From contig NC_069000.1 of NCBI RefSeq assembly GCF_001194135.2, positions 41,670,665 through 41,734,664 of the forward strand: a stretch of DNA of 64,000 nucleotides. The letters run 5' to 3'. The notes beneath the pieces were generated by a model. It worked only from the letters and a program-made list of their open reading frames with translations. It was not told the origin of the DNA and made no database searches. Position 1 is the first letter of the stretch, and every line of letters starts with the position of its first letter. Below are positions 24,309 to 36,328 of the stretch, in pieces. Both the position numbers and the translations under genes were made by a program. The DNA comes from Octopus bimaculoides (Eukaryota).

Positions 24309-25921
24309 TACATACATACATACATACATACATACACACACATACATACACAGGAGGAGAGTAAGAGAAATAGATAGTTGCATTATTTGAAAAAGTAGAG
24401 TCTCTGAGCCATTAATAATGACTGAATTATTATTGAAAAATGTGTATGATGAACGTTGCTAATGAGAGAACGAGGATGTAAATTAAAATACCAAATTAAC
24501 AGGAAACAAAGGCAATCATATTCATCATTCCCCAAATATTACACGGCAGTGTGTGTCTGCATACGAATGTGTGTGTGGTGTGGGGGAGTGTGTTTTAATG
24601 AGGGCAGGTTTCCTTTGCAGTGTAATTATCAAAGACACCCCAAATGGAGTAGAAAATCTTTCAAATTCTATTGTTATATCATAATCGCTTGTGATGTAAC
24701 TATGTGTGTGTGAGGTGCCAGTAATAGAAAAGGCACCTGTGCTGGTGCCACATAGAAAGCACTCAATACATTCTGTAAAGTGGTTGGCATTAGGAAGGGA
24801 TCCAGCTGTAGAAACCATGTCAAAATAGACAATTGGAGCCCAGTGCAGTTCTCTGGCTTGCCAGGTCCCATCAAACTGTCCAACCCATGCCAGCTTGGAA
24901 AAACGAGCATTAAATGATGAAGATGAGATATCATCATTATCATCATCGTTTAACGCCCATTTTCCATGCTGGCATTGGTTGGACGGTTTGACTGGAGACT
25001 GGCAAGCCAGAAGGCTACACCAGGCTCCAATCTGATCTGGCAATGTTTCTTATTTCTTTATTGCCCATAAGGGCAATAAACATAGAGGGGACAAACAAGG
25101 ATAGAGAAAAGGATTAAGTCGATTACATCGACCCCAGTGCGTAACTGGTACTTAATTTATCGACCCCGGAAGGATGAAAGGCAAAGTCAACCTCGGCGGA
25201 ATTTTAACTCAGAACGTAAAGACAGACGAAATACTGCTAAGCATTTTGCCCATCGTGCTAACATTTCTGCTAGCTTACCGCCACTAGCTAGCTTCTGCTT
25301 GCTTGCTGCTGATCTGGCAATGTTTCTACAGCTGGATCTTCCTAACACCAACCACTTCGAGAGTGTAGTGGGTGCTTTTTATGTACCACCGGCATGGGAG
25401 CCAGTCAGGTGGCACTGGCATCAGTCACGTTCAGATGGTGCTCTTTATGTGCCACCAGCATGGGGAGCCGGTTAGGCGGCACTGGCATCGGCCACAACTA
25501 CAATTTCCATTTGATTTTGATTTACTTGATTCAGTAGGTCTCCTTAAGCACAGCATGTCACCCGACGATCCAGTATGTATGTGTGTGTGTGTATTCTTGT
25601 GTTAGTGTTCATGTGTTAGTATTCGTGGGTATGTGGTATTTTCTCTCCCTCCCTTCTTCTTTCACTTTATTTTATCTCCTTTCTTCCTACCTCACAAAAA
25701 AATAAATAAATAAAAAGAAAAGTATATACAAATACCCTTAACATGTTACATCTGTCACTATTCCCCCACCCCTTTGATTCTCTTTCCTCATCACCTTACA
25801 TTTCTTTTATTCTTTTATTTTGCAGAAAATCAAAGCATACAATTTCATCAGCCGGTTGGCATCCCTCACAGATCACATTCCCGTTGCAATGACAGTCCAA
25901 ATTTCGACCAATTCCTCTTGA
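10982..25921 (+). CDS. SMPD3: Neutral sphingomyelinase 2 / sphingomyelin phosphodiesterase 3-like (SMPD3/SMPD5 clade). 6 coding exons: join(10982..11890,12902..12977,14860..15000,17979..18068,19216..19463,25826..25921), 1560 nt, 519 aa
   Basis: All introns are GT-AG and phase-compatible (0,1,1,1,0). Translation shows two N-terminal hydrophobic segments, [54 protein letters not shown] and TDHIPV, matching nSMase2 (ATANVCLLP, DFLCLQE, THL, GDFNFD, RRID, TDHLPV). The ATG exon starts after an acceptor at 10857-10858, so an upstream UTR exon exists but was not located. Confidence 0.93.
12902..12977 (+). CDS. SMPD3: SMPD3-like coding exon 2 ([25 protein letters not shown])
   Basis: ttctatttcag|ATA...GAAG|gttagt; contains the THL motif. 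Confidence 0.92.
13246..13456. repeat. Inverted repeat: 67-bp arms (2 mismatches), 77-bp spacer
   Basis: 13246-13312 is the reverse complement of 13390-13456. Confidence 0.9.
14860..15000 (+). CDS. SMPD3: SMPD3-like coding exon 3 ([10 protein letters not shown]...[11 protein letters not shown])
   Basis: ctcctag|GT...CCAG|gtgagt; contains the GDFN catalytic motif. Confidence 0.93.
15240..15490 (+). mobile_element. SINE family B (probable Meta-domain SINE). Other copies: 15975-16190, 25051-25283(-), 27530-27740, 27958-28145(-), 39345-40190(-, four copies), 45826-46100, 53226-53441(-), 59290-59526(-)
   Basis: Head ggtgagctggcagaatc...gagttcaaattcc; core gtcgactttgcctttcatcctttcggggtcgataaattaagtaccag; (TTA)n tail. 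The Meta-domain label is recalled similarity, not a search result. Confidence 0.8.
16305..17390. repeat. Higher-order (GTA/GCA/GTG) trinucleotide minisatellite with ~96-bp super-unit, spanning a 506-N gap
   Basis: Recurrent sub-units gtagtagtaatcttagca(g/a)ca and gtagtagtcttggcagcagcagca. Confidence 0.9.
17979..18068 (+). CDS. SMPD3: SMPD3-like coding exon 4 ([30 protein letters not shown])
   Basis: Aligns with human KLEQQHSLFTHYRDPCRLGPGEEKPWAIG; donor TTG|gtaagg. The acceptor AG directly follows a 10-N gap, so the pyrimidine tract cannot be seen. Confidence 0.85.
19216..19463 (+). CDS. SMPD3: SMPD3-like coding exon 5 (GTELRP...[16 protein letters not shown])
   Basis: ctttttttag|GT...GTT|gtacgt; contains STPEGL and GKRRID motifs. 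Confidence 0.92.
21570..21782 (+). mobile_element. Mariner-derived MITE
   Basis: TIRs cgagggg..gctgaaaaagttcctgacttt / aaagccaggaacttttcagcactccct; internal [20 protein letters not shown] transposase end; followed by TA. Confidence 0.7.
22820..23330. repeat. Degenerate (TATC)n microsatellite block
   Basis: tatc/tcta runs with variants. Confidence 0.9.
23829..24138. mobile_element. hAT-type MITE
   Basis: 14-bp TIRs cagtggtggactgg / ccagtctgccactg (12/14); 8-bp flanks TATATATG on both sides, though within a TA-rich tract. Confidence 0.65.
25826..25921 (+). CDS. SMPD3: SMPD3-like terminal coding exon ([31 protein letters not shown])
   Basis: ttttattttgcag|AAA; contains the catalytic TDH motif; TGA at 25919-25921. 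Confidence 0.93.
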   Translation, partial: KIKAYNFISRLASLTDHIPVAMTVQISTNSS

Positions 25922-26007
25922 TTCTTCTATAGAACAAGCCTCCTTTATTTTCTGGGGACTTCATATATTTATTTTATTTATTTTGTTTTTGATATTTTGT
26001 ATGTATG

Positions 26008-26057
<50 letters not shown>

Positions 26058-29000
26058 TTGCCTTTTTTTTTATTGGAAACATTCTTCTGTTGTTTGCTGT
26101 TGTTGTTGTCGTCATCGACGATCACATTCCCGGTGAGCACTGTAGCTGTAAGAGGGGAGGTGGCGCTGTAGTCGCTCTCTGTGGCAAAACCATGTTTGCT
26201 GAAATACTGGGTTCTAATTATTAGCCTTGACCTTGCTTGCTCATGCTACCTGTAAACAGGTAGGTAGACACATGAACATTCTGACTTCTATTCCCCACCA
26301 CCACCACCACCACCACTACTAATGTTTCAACCTTGGTATTCCCACCCCATCCATCCTCCCATTCTGCTTAACCGATCTCTGATGTCAAATAGGGCCAAAT
26401 ACCTTTGATTGAAAAATGTCAAGATTAGTTAAACTCTCAAAGACAAGAAAAACACAATACTGCTAAAAATTCATGTGTATGTGGTGTGTGATGACAGTGT
26501 GTAAATGGATGTGTGTGTGTGTATATATATATACACACACTCACACACACACATATAACATGTATGTATATATATATATGCATATATATATATCCAATGA
26601 AATATCCCAAGCTATGCATTCTGGGATAGTGTTGTCAATTTAACATCATCTGCAGTAGTTTGTGATTGTGATGGCATTATTTTTATTGAATTGCCAATCT
26701 ATTGCACACACTCACACACACACCACCTTGGTCAGATGCATAATATGACCTCTAGTATGTTAACTACCAGAATCCAACATGCTTTCACCTTTTCTCTTTC
26801 TGTGACCTTCCCATCTTTCGATAATTTCAAGGCAGTTATGGTTGGCATCAGATGATGACTTTGAGAAGCAGTATAGGTTTTGCTTTTGTCTTTTTTTTTT
26901 TTGTTTTTTGTATTTTGTTTGTTGAAAATCAAAAAGCAAAAAAGAAAGGTAAAAAAATATAACTAACAAACCAAGAAGCTCCTTAAATCCAAAACTCAGA
27001 ATTTCCTGTGTAATACTGCCCCATCATCACTACCATCCCACCATGACCACCACTCCTAAACTGCTGTTAATACAAAACCTGGAGTGAGTTTTTAATTGAT
27101 ATCATTATTCTTTTATTCTTTTACTTGTTTCAGTCATTTGACTGTGGCCATGCTGGGGCACCACCTTTAGTTGAGCAAATCGACCCCAGGACTAATTCTT
27201 TGTAAGCCTAGTACTTATTCTATCAGTCTTTTTTGCCGAATTGCTAAGTTACAGGAACATTAACACACCAGCATCAGTTGTCAAGCGATGTTGGGGAAGA
27301 AATACAGACACAAACGTACACACACACACATATGTATACGACAGGCTTCTTTCAGTTTCCATCTACCAAATCCACTCACAAGGCTTTGGTCGAGCTGAGG
27401 CTATAGTAGAAGACACTTGTCCAAGGTGCCATACAGTGGGACTGAACCTGGAACTATGTGGTTGTAAGCAAGCTACTTACCTCACAGCCACTTCTGCGCC
27501 TATTGTCAATATTATGATAATTATTATTGGGTGAGCTGGCAGAATCATTAGCATGTCGGGCGAAATGCTGAGCAGTATTTCATCTGTCGCTATGTTCTGA
27601 GTTCAAATTCCACTAAGGTCAACTTTGCCTTTTACCCTTTCGGGGTTGATAAATTAAATATTGGTTAAGTATTGGGTCAATGTAATTGACTGTCCCCCTC
27701 CCCACAAAATCCAGGCTGTGTGCCTATAGTAGAAAGGATTATTACATTTATGTGAAAGGCAGCAAGCTAACACAAACGAGAGCATGCCAGACATGCCCTG
27801 ACCTCGCCTTTCATCCTTTCAGGGTTGATAAAGTAAGTACCCGTTGCATACTGGGGTGTTGATGTAGTCAACTAGACTCCTCCAATTTCAGAAATAACCC
27901 AATATATTTACCATTAATTTCGTGAAATACTCATGAGTCCTGCTAATAATAATAATTATCCTTTCTACACTAAGCACAAGGCCTGAAATTTCGGGGGAGG
28001 TGTGAGTTGAGCCTCAATGCTCAACTGGTACTTATTTTATCGACCCCTAAAGAATGGAAGGCAAAGTCTACCTTGGCAGAATTTGCACTCAGAATATGGC
28101 TAAGCATTTCGACCGACGTGCTAATGATTTTCCAGCTCGCCACCCTATTTAATAATGATAATAATAATAAGAAGAAGAACATGTTATCGTTGTTGTTGTG
28201 TTTAAATTTAAGACGACACTATAGTGCCTAATTTATCAATATACAGAAAAGTATCACTTAGTGACCATTTTAATTATTATTTATTGATAAGTTATTGTTC
28301 ATTATACATAACAAATATTTATTGATATTATATTTTTATTTATNNNNNNNNNNNNNNNNNNNNNNNNNNNNNNNNNNNNNNNNNNNNNNNNNNNNNNNNN
28401 NNNNNNNNNNNNNNNNNNNNNNNNNNNNNNNNNNNNNNNNNNNNNNNNNNNNNNNNNNNNNNNNNNNNNNNNNNNNNNNNNNNNNNNNNNNNNNNNNNNN
28501 NNNNNNNNNNNNNNNNNNNNNNNNNNNNNNNNNNNNNNNNNNNNNNNNNNNNNNNNNNNNNNNNNNNNNNNNNNNNNNNNNNNNNNNNNNNNNNNNNNNN
28601 NNNNNNNNNNNNNNNNNNNNNNNNNNNNNNNNNNNNNNNNNNNNNNNNNNNNNNNNNNNNNNNNNNNNNNNNNNNNNNNNNNNNNNNNNNNNNNNNNNNN
28701 NNNNNNNNNNNNNNNNNNNNNNNNNNNNNNNNNNNNNNNNNNNNNNNNNNNNNNNNNNNNNNNNNNNNNNNNNNNNNNNNNNNNNNNNNNNNNNNNNNNN
28801 NNNNNNNNNNNNNNNNNNNNNNNNNNNNNNNNNNNNNNNNNNNNNNNNNNNNNNNNNNNNNNNNNNNNNNNNNNNNNNNNNNNNNNNNNNNNNNNNNNNN
28901 NNNNNNNNNNNNNNNNNNNNNNNNNNNNNNNNNNNNNNNNNNNNNNNNNNNNNNNNNNNNNNNNNNNNNNNNNNNNNNNNNNNNNNNTGTGTGTGTGTGT

Positions 29001-30005
29001 GTGTTTCTGTGTCTTCATGTAAACTCTTTGCAGGCTACCGTGATGTTATGCGTCGGTTTTCTGTAAATACGTGTTAAGACCAGCAAAATAAACGGTTGGC
29101 AACTGAGAAGGCATCTAGCCATAGGTTACTATCTGAATATGCTTTGTCTGACTTATGCCTTCATGGCAAAAAGAACAGTTATAAGGGCGGAATCAAATTG
29201 TATTGTCAGGTCTTTAAACCAGCCCAAACATTCTGCCTGTTTTACTTTGAAACTGGCCACATCCAGCCTCTCGTACCTACACTACAATGTGATTCTAACA
29301 ATAAACAGTCATATTTTCAAAATCTTGAAGCTACAGGATAATATGATTAATTTTAAAAGATATGGATAGATTAGCATTACATTTGATAAATATATTGGGT
29401 TAAAGTCATGTGATGCAGTTTTAAGATAAAAATTAAAGAAAAAATAGAGAAATTAATATTTAAAGGCAAGTGTTCGTTGAGGGAGATTTGACTATTATTT
29501 TGAGCAGGTGGAACAACTAGATACATATAAGGTCCCTAATTTGCTTGCTTACCTGTAGGGAATATATTGAGGTGTGTGTATGTGTGGGTTGATATTTCTA
29601 TTTTAAATATTTAATTGACTTTTTTCTCCCCCATTTTTTTTTTTTTTTTTTTTTTGTTAATCAATGAAGTTAATTATAAAGTAAAAAATGTGGCTTGCTC
29701 TATTGATTAATCTGTGTGAGTATGAACAAATGGTGGTGATGGTGGCGACGGTTGATGATGCTGGCATTGGTGGCGGTGGTGATTGTGGTTTTGTTTGTAC
29801 TGGTGTTTATCAGTGCAACAAAGGGATCTAACTCAAGAAGAACTTACCCACTAATTGATTAATTAAATCTGTCACTTTGTAGATACCAGTTTTGTTTTCT
29901 CTTTCTCTTTAACATCTCCCAGCTACCGTCCAAAAAAAACAAAAATGAACAAATAAATATATAAAAGAAGTAAAATGATCCGATCAGGGTCCAGCTCTCT
30001 CTTTT

Positions 30006-30072
<67 letters not shown>

Positions 30073-30727
30073 ATCTCCCCCCCCTCTCTCTGAGGAATAA
30101 AATGAAATGTCATTAATTATTTGGTGTTGAAATTGCAATTGATTTTTTACAAGTACCATAACAACCATTGCTAAGGCAGGGATTAAAAGAAATTAATTAT
30201 AAGGCAACTAATTAAATCATAATAATAAATTCTTAAATTAACACAAGACCAACAATTAGCAGGAGAAAGGGGAATAGTTGATTGGTTTCAGTGTTGGACT
30301 CGCAATTAATAAGTCATGGTTTCAATTCCCAGGCTGGACAGTACATTGTGTTTTTGAGCAAAACCCTTCATTTCACACTGCTCCTGTCCCCTCAATTTGG
30401 AAACAAGTATCCACTATGGCTGGTAATCCTTTTCCCTGTGAGGAACTGGCTCTCTCTCAGTCACACATAACCCAACGAAACTGGAATAAGCTTTGGCTCA
30501 ATACACCTGTAAACATCTGGGATTTAAACTATCACTGGTACCTATTTTATTTCTCTTACACCTAAATGGTTGAAAGGCAAGATCAGGACTTGAACTCAGA
30601 ATATGGAAACCAAAATGCTATATCTCTGTATTGTTTCTGCCATTCTTAGCATTTTAGCACTTTCTTGTCATTGAGAGAACTTGAAAAATGTGGTAAATGT
30701 TCTATTGGTATATCTTTGCATCATATA

Positions 30728-30929
30728 TTAACCCTTTAGTGTTTAAACTGACCATATCCAGCCAAAATATTCTGCCATGTTTTGCATTCAAACTGGCCAG
30801 ATCTAGCCTCATGCACCAACCTTATATCATTCTAAAAATTAACAGTCCCTTCATAAAAATCTCATAGCTACAAGATAATGTATGATTAATTCAAAACAAT
30901 GTGGATAAATAAGCATGCTAAAGGGTTAA
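30728..30929. mobile_element. piggyBac-type MITE (TTAA-flanked). Degenerate copies at 47833-48068, 55540-55627, 59566-59707
   Basis: ttaa-ccctttag...ctaaaggg-ttaa inverted ends with TTAA on both sides. Confidence 0.7.
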
Positions 30930-31785
30930 CTCTAGTGTCACAGAGTGAATGGTAATATCCTGATAGAATGTGATAATGGTAAGAACGCCATGGAATAAAT
31001 GGAAATAATGTTGTGGAATGAGAGGTAAATGAACAAAATGTGATAGTGCTGTAGAGCAAGTTCTAAGAATGTCATAGAACAATGGTAATATTGTAGAACA
31101 AGAGATAATGGTGCCAGTGTTGATGAATCTTTTAGAATAAACAGTAATAGTGTTGTGTTGTAGAACAAGATGTAATAGCATTGCTAGCAAGTGGTAGGAA
31201 TATCACAGAATAGTGGTAATTATGCTGTACAACAAGAGGCAATAGTAATGTAGAGGAATGTTAGAACAAGGGTAACTGTGCAGTACGGCGAAAAGTAATA
31301 GTGTTGTAGTGGCAGGTTCAATCCCCAGTTGAAATAAATTTTGTTTCTGCTGCTAATTTCTTTGGGAAAGGTATAAACATCACAACATTCCAGTTTCTTT
31401 GCTTCTTCTTCTCTAAATCCATGGGTCCTTCTTGTGTATATTCTGAAGAAATTAAAATTAAAGGTTGCTGGATCACATATCTGAAAAAAAAGCACACCCT
31501 AAAGATTAGAGCAGTAATGTATTTACATGAAGTTCAATATTATGTCTGGTCTTAGAGTGGCCGATGGTTTCACATCTGTGAAGCACTTAGCTTCATAGGT
31601 GGCTCATCAAACTCCAATGCCCATAGACACATAACCTCTCTTCAAACTGGACGTCCAGTTTGAAGAGTTGATATGCTCATGGCCACAGGAATCTGACAAG
31701 CTATCTATAAAGATAGGCACTTTATGGATACAAATCCATTAGTAAACATATATTAAGCATCATGTACATACATATCTATATATAA

Positions 31786-31816
<31 letters not shown>

Positions 31817-32639
31817 TTATATATAGGCACAAGAGTGGTTGTGTGGTAAGTAGCTTGGTTCCCAACCACATGGTTCTGGGTTCAGTCCCACTGCATGACA
31901 CCTTGGGCAAGTGTTTTCTACTATAGCCGTGGGCCAACCAAAGCCTTGGGAGATGGAAACTGAAAGAAGCTCATCATATATATATGTGTGTCTGTGTCTG
32001 CTTGTCTCCCCAAACATTGCTTGACAACTGATGCTAGTGTGTTTACATACCCATAACTTAGCGGTTCGGCAAAAAGAAGCCAATAAAATAATGTACATAT
32101 TCAGTTGGATCTCAATATTAATATATATACTAAGAATATATTAGTATTTATATATGTATGTATATTCTTTTACTTGTTTCAGTCATTTGACTGGCCATGC
32201 TGGAGCACCACCTTTAGTCAAACATTTTTTGTGAGCCTAGTACTTACTGTATCATTTTTTTTTTTTTTTTGCCAAACTGCTAGGTTACAGGGATATAAAC
32301 ACACCAACATAAGTTGTCAAGTTGATGCCGAGGGGACAAACACAGACACAAATATATATATATATATACACTTCTACCTAAATTTGTGGCCTTGTACCAT
32401 AGTTTCATATAGAAAACTAGTGCCAGTGATCAGAGCGTAGACGTACAATGACGTTTTCATAACACTTATAATACCAAACTGAAATAAAATGAAAGTCAAC
32501 ACTAACAGCATGTGTTGTTTTGTTTTCTTCTTTTACTGGTTCCAGTCATTGGCTGCACGGTCATGCTGGAGTACCAGCTGCAAGTGATGTTTACTTATTC
32601 AAAGCATAACCTATACAAGTGTGCTTGCTCTCCCGAATT

Positions 32640-33290
32640 TGTTTCCTCATAACTTTCAGAAAAATGGATATCTTTAACGAAATTTCGCTATGTTAAAAAT
32701 GCCCAGTACATGCTGTAACATGGCTGGAGTTAAAAAGGGTATCCAGCTGTGGAAATCAAGCCAAACCAGACTGGAACCTTGTGCAGCTCTCCTGCTTGCG
32801 ATTTTTGGTCAAACTATCCAATCCATGCCAGCATGGAAAACAGATGTTAAGGATGATGATCAAATTTTTTACAAATACTTTTCAGATGGTATAGATTCCG
32901 ATTATTTTGGAATTTGTTAAAAATCCTTTTGGAGGAGAGGTGAGAGGAATTTTGGATAATTCACATACCATGATTTTGTCTCCTTGTAACTTTCAGAAAA
33001 ATGGATGTTTTTTAATGAAATTTTCTACAAATGAGATTCAGAGAGTGTAGATTCCATTATATATTCAAATTTGTGGTGAAATTATTTTCAGAGATGGGGG
33101 GAGGAGTTTCAGATAATTCACATATGTCAACTTTGTTTCCCTCATAACGTTCAGAAAAATGGATGTTTTTAATTGAAATTTTCTACAAATACCCTTCAGA
33201 AAATGTATATTGTGATTATTTTGGAATTTAATGTGGTAAAATAAAAAATGAAAAATTGGTGGGTACACTCATATATATTGCCACACATCA
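32640..33290. repeat. Degenerate 158-bp tandem repeat (about 3 units), first unit interrupted by a family D insertion
   Basis: aactttcagaaaaatggat at 32651, 32988 and 33146. Confidence 0.75.
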
Positions 33291-36142
33291 CAAAATGAAA
33301 TTTGAAATTTTGGAAAAACATGCGATGCATGTATGTGGGNNNNNNNNNNNNNNNNNNNNNNNNNNNNNNNNNNNNNNNNNNNNNNNNNNNNNNNNNNNNN
33401 NNNNNNNNNNNNNNNNNNNNNNNNNNNNNNNNNNNNNNNNNNNNNNNNNNNNNNNNNNNNNNNNNNCCGTTTTCGTGCGGGTGACACGTAAAAGCACCCA
33501 CTACACTCTCTGAGTGGTTGGCGTTAGGAAGGGCATCCAGCTGTAGAAACTCTGCCAAATCAGACTGGAGCCTGGTGTTGCCATCCGGTTTCACCAGTCC
33601 TCAGTCAAATCGTCCAACCCATGCTAGCATGGAAAGCGGATGTTAAACGATGATGATGATGATGATGATGATGATGTGGTGGGTGGTACACTTGTATAGC
33701 TAAGCCCTCATTCATGTCAAATCCCCCAGTACCTATTTCATATTTCAGTCAAGTACATATCGTATTGATATCTATTTGTTGGATTGCTAAGTTGCAGGAC
33801 TTGAAAGAACACTACATCAGCTTTTTAGATTGTGAACAGAAACACAGAAAGGGTCACACACAGTGCACGCTCACACACACACACACACATGCTCTCACAC
33901 ACACACATACTCAGACAAGTTGGATTGCACTGAAAAGTTTACAAATATTATCAAGTACTTTTATTAATGATATGAGAATGAAAGCATATGTTGTAATTTA
34001 AGTAGAATGCTCACTCACTATTTCAATCAGTGACGATGTAAAGCAGGGGGATGTAACTGCTCCTACTTTATTCGTTATATGCTTCAGAACAAGGCTGTGT
34101 CAGCAACATTATAGGCATCTGGGAAAATCAGTGCACTCAGCCCTATATTAATTGTCAGCAAACCACAGCATACATAGATCGGAACTGCGGCCTTAGAACC
34201 ATGAAGCCTCTGGGTGAATCAATATAGTTAGCACGCGGAGCGAAATGCTTAGCAGTATTTCATCTACCACTACGTTCTGAGTTCAAATTCCACCAAGGTC
34301 ACATACATTTCCCACAAACTTTTCCAAAAAACTCTTACCTCCTTGCAACACAACCACCCCCACCCAATGGCTATGTTTTCGTACCAACAAGCATAACCCT
34401 TAACCCAATCCCCCTACTCGTTTCATTTGATCACCTTTTTTACAGCAACCGCAAACCGGATGTGTCTATTCAGCTCCAACGCTAGAAAGCAGTAGCCATA
34501 TTTCATTCTAAAACGGCTACCTCTGATGAGCACAGGGTTACATAATCGGATTGTTACCTAGCACTCCGTTGAATCCCTAGCACAAAACTAATTGGTAAGA
34601 TCGGCCGTAATGGATATATAATACTGTACACTTCAGATAATACACCCACTCTATTGACAGATATACAAGTGCACTTTTTCCTGACTTATGGTAGCTTAGA
34701 CGATTTACACAAACACATATACACACACACACGTTAACTTTTACTTATTTCAGTCATTAGACTGGCCATGCTGGGACAGCATATCAAAGTAAACACTATG
34801 AAAAAATACACGCTGTATATGTATATATGTGTAAATGTGTACATGTACATGTGTATATATATATCAGAATACTCATGAAACCAAAGGTTGATATTTTGAA
34901 TGTGTTTCATACACGTGTTTCTAATAGTTATGTAAGATAAACCTTAGATAATATATTATCTGCTTTAAGGCAGCGACGACAATGACGACGATGATGATGA
35001 TGATGATGACGATATGCACACCAATGATTAAAAACACTTGCAAAGATGTCACACAGTAGGATCAAACTGAAAAGCTACAAGTTTCTGATAGCAAACTTAA
35101 TGGACAGTAATACAATGAAATTGAATTAAGAGTACAAGAAATGATAAAACACTGAAACTAACAGGGCCCCACCCCACCACTCCACCCCCAGTACCTGTTC
35201 CTTGTGAACTTTGTTACAACATTAGTGGTTGTGTTGATAGGGGTAGTAGTAGTAGTAGTAGTAGAATGGCAGGGNNNNNNNNNNNNNNNNNNNNNNNNNN
35301 NNNNNNNNNNNNNNNNNNNNNNNNNNNNNNNNNNNNNNNNNNNNNNNNNNNNNNNNNNNNGAGTTATGGTAAATAGGATGATGGGTGGGGGTGGATGAAA
35401 CGGTGATAGTGGTGGAGGAGGTGATGGCAGTGGTGGGGGTGATAGGGGTGGTAGTAGTAGTATAGAGGGGTGAGTTATAGAAAATAGGATGGCAGCGGAT
35501 AAGTTGATGATGATGGAGGTGGTGATGGTGGTGGTGGTGATAGAAGAGGGTTGTTAAGAGTGTTATGAATACCAAAGAAAATAGGGTAACAAGTATTTTT
35601 AGTTCCTGATAAGCTCTGTAGATCTGTTTGTCTCACTGTCTGTCTGCCTGTCTGTGTTACTTTGATCTCTGCTCTATAGTCTGTCTCCTCCTCTTCCTCC
35701 TCCTCTTTCTCCCCCCATTCTTTTACACATACATACGTGTGTATGGATTGTGTGCATAAGGATGACACACAAATGGTAAATTCATGAAGCATTCCATATT
35801 TTTCTAATAGTCACAGGAGTGGCTGTGTGGTAAGAAGCTTGCTTCCCAACCACATGGTTCCGAGTTCAGTCCCGTTTTGAGGCACCTTGGGCAAGTGTTT
35901 TCTACTATGGCTTTGGGCCTACCAAAGCCTTGTGAATGGATTTGGAAGACAGAAACTGAAAGAAGCCCATCATATATATATATATGTGTGTGTGTGTGTC
36001 TTTGTGTCTGTGTTTGTCCCCCACCATCACCACTTGACAACTGATGCTGGTGTGTTTACGTCCCCGTAACTTAGCGGTTTGGCAAAAGAGACCGATAGAA
36101 TAAGTACTTGGCTAACAAAGAATAAGTCCTGGAGTAGATTTG

Positions 36143-36178
36143 TCTCATTCCTTAGGTATTTTTCGATGTTGTTGTCGT

Positions 36179-36211
<33 letters not shown>

Positions 36212-36292
36212 TATTCAGGTCACTGCTTGGAATCGAACTCGGAATCTTGGAGTTAGTAGCCCGCGCTCTTAACTACTACGCCATATGCCCGT
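36143..36292 (-). mobile_element. 3'-truncated family E SINE, head-to-head with the 36329 copy
   Basis: Reverse complement of gggcatatggcgtag...gaccTGAATAATAA...aaatacctaaggaatgaga; it interrupts a family A SINE. Confidence 0.8.
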
Positions 36293-36328
36293 AATTCATT
36301 TGATCTGACTCTGCTAATTCATCACCCC

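Noticed and set aside
30930-31300. Possible coding repeat with a ~23-bp periodicity (gtaatagtgttgtagaacaaga)
   Set aside because: Highly degenerate minisatellite; unit length not a multiple of three and no stable frame.
34515-34560. CTGATGAG resembling a hammerhead core (other CTGATGA hits at 13614, 21930, 47363, 52851)
   Set aside because: No helix II followed by GAAA and no NUH site.
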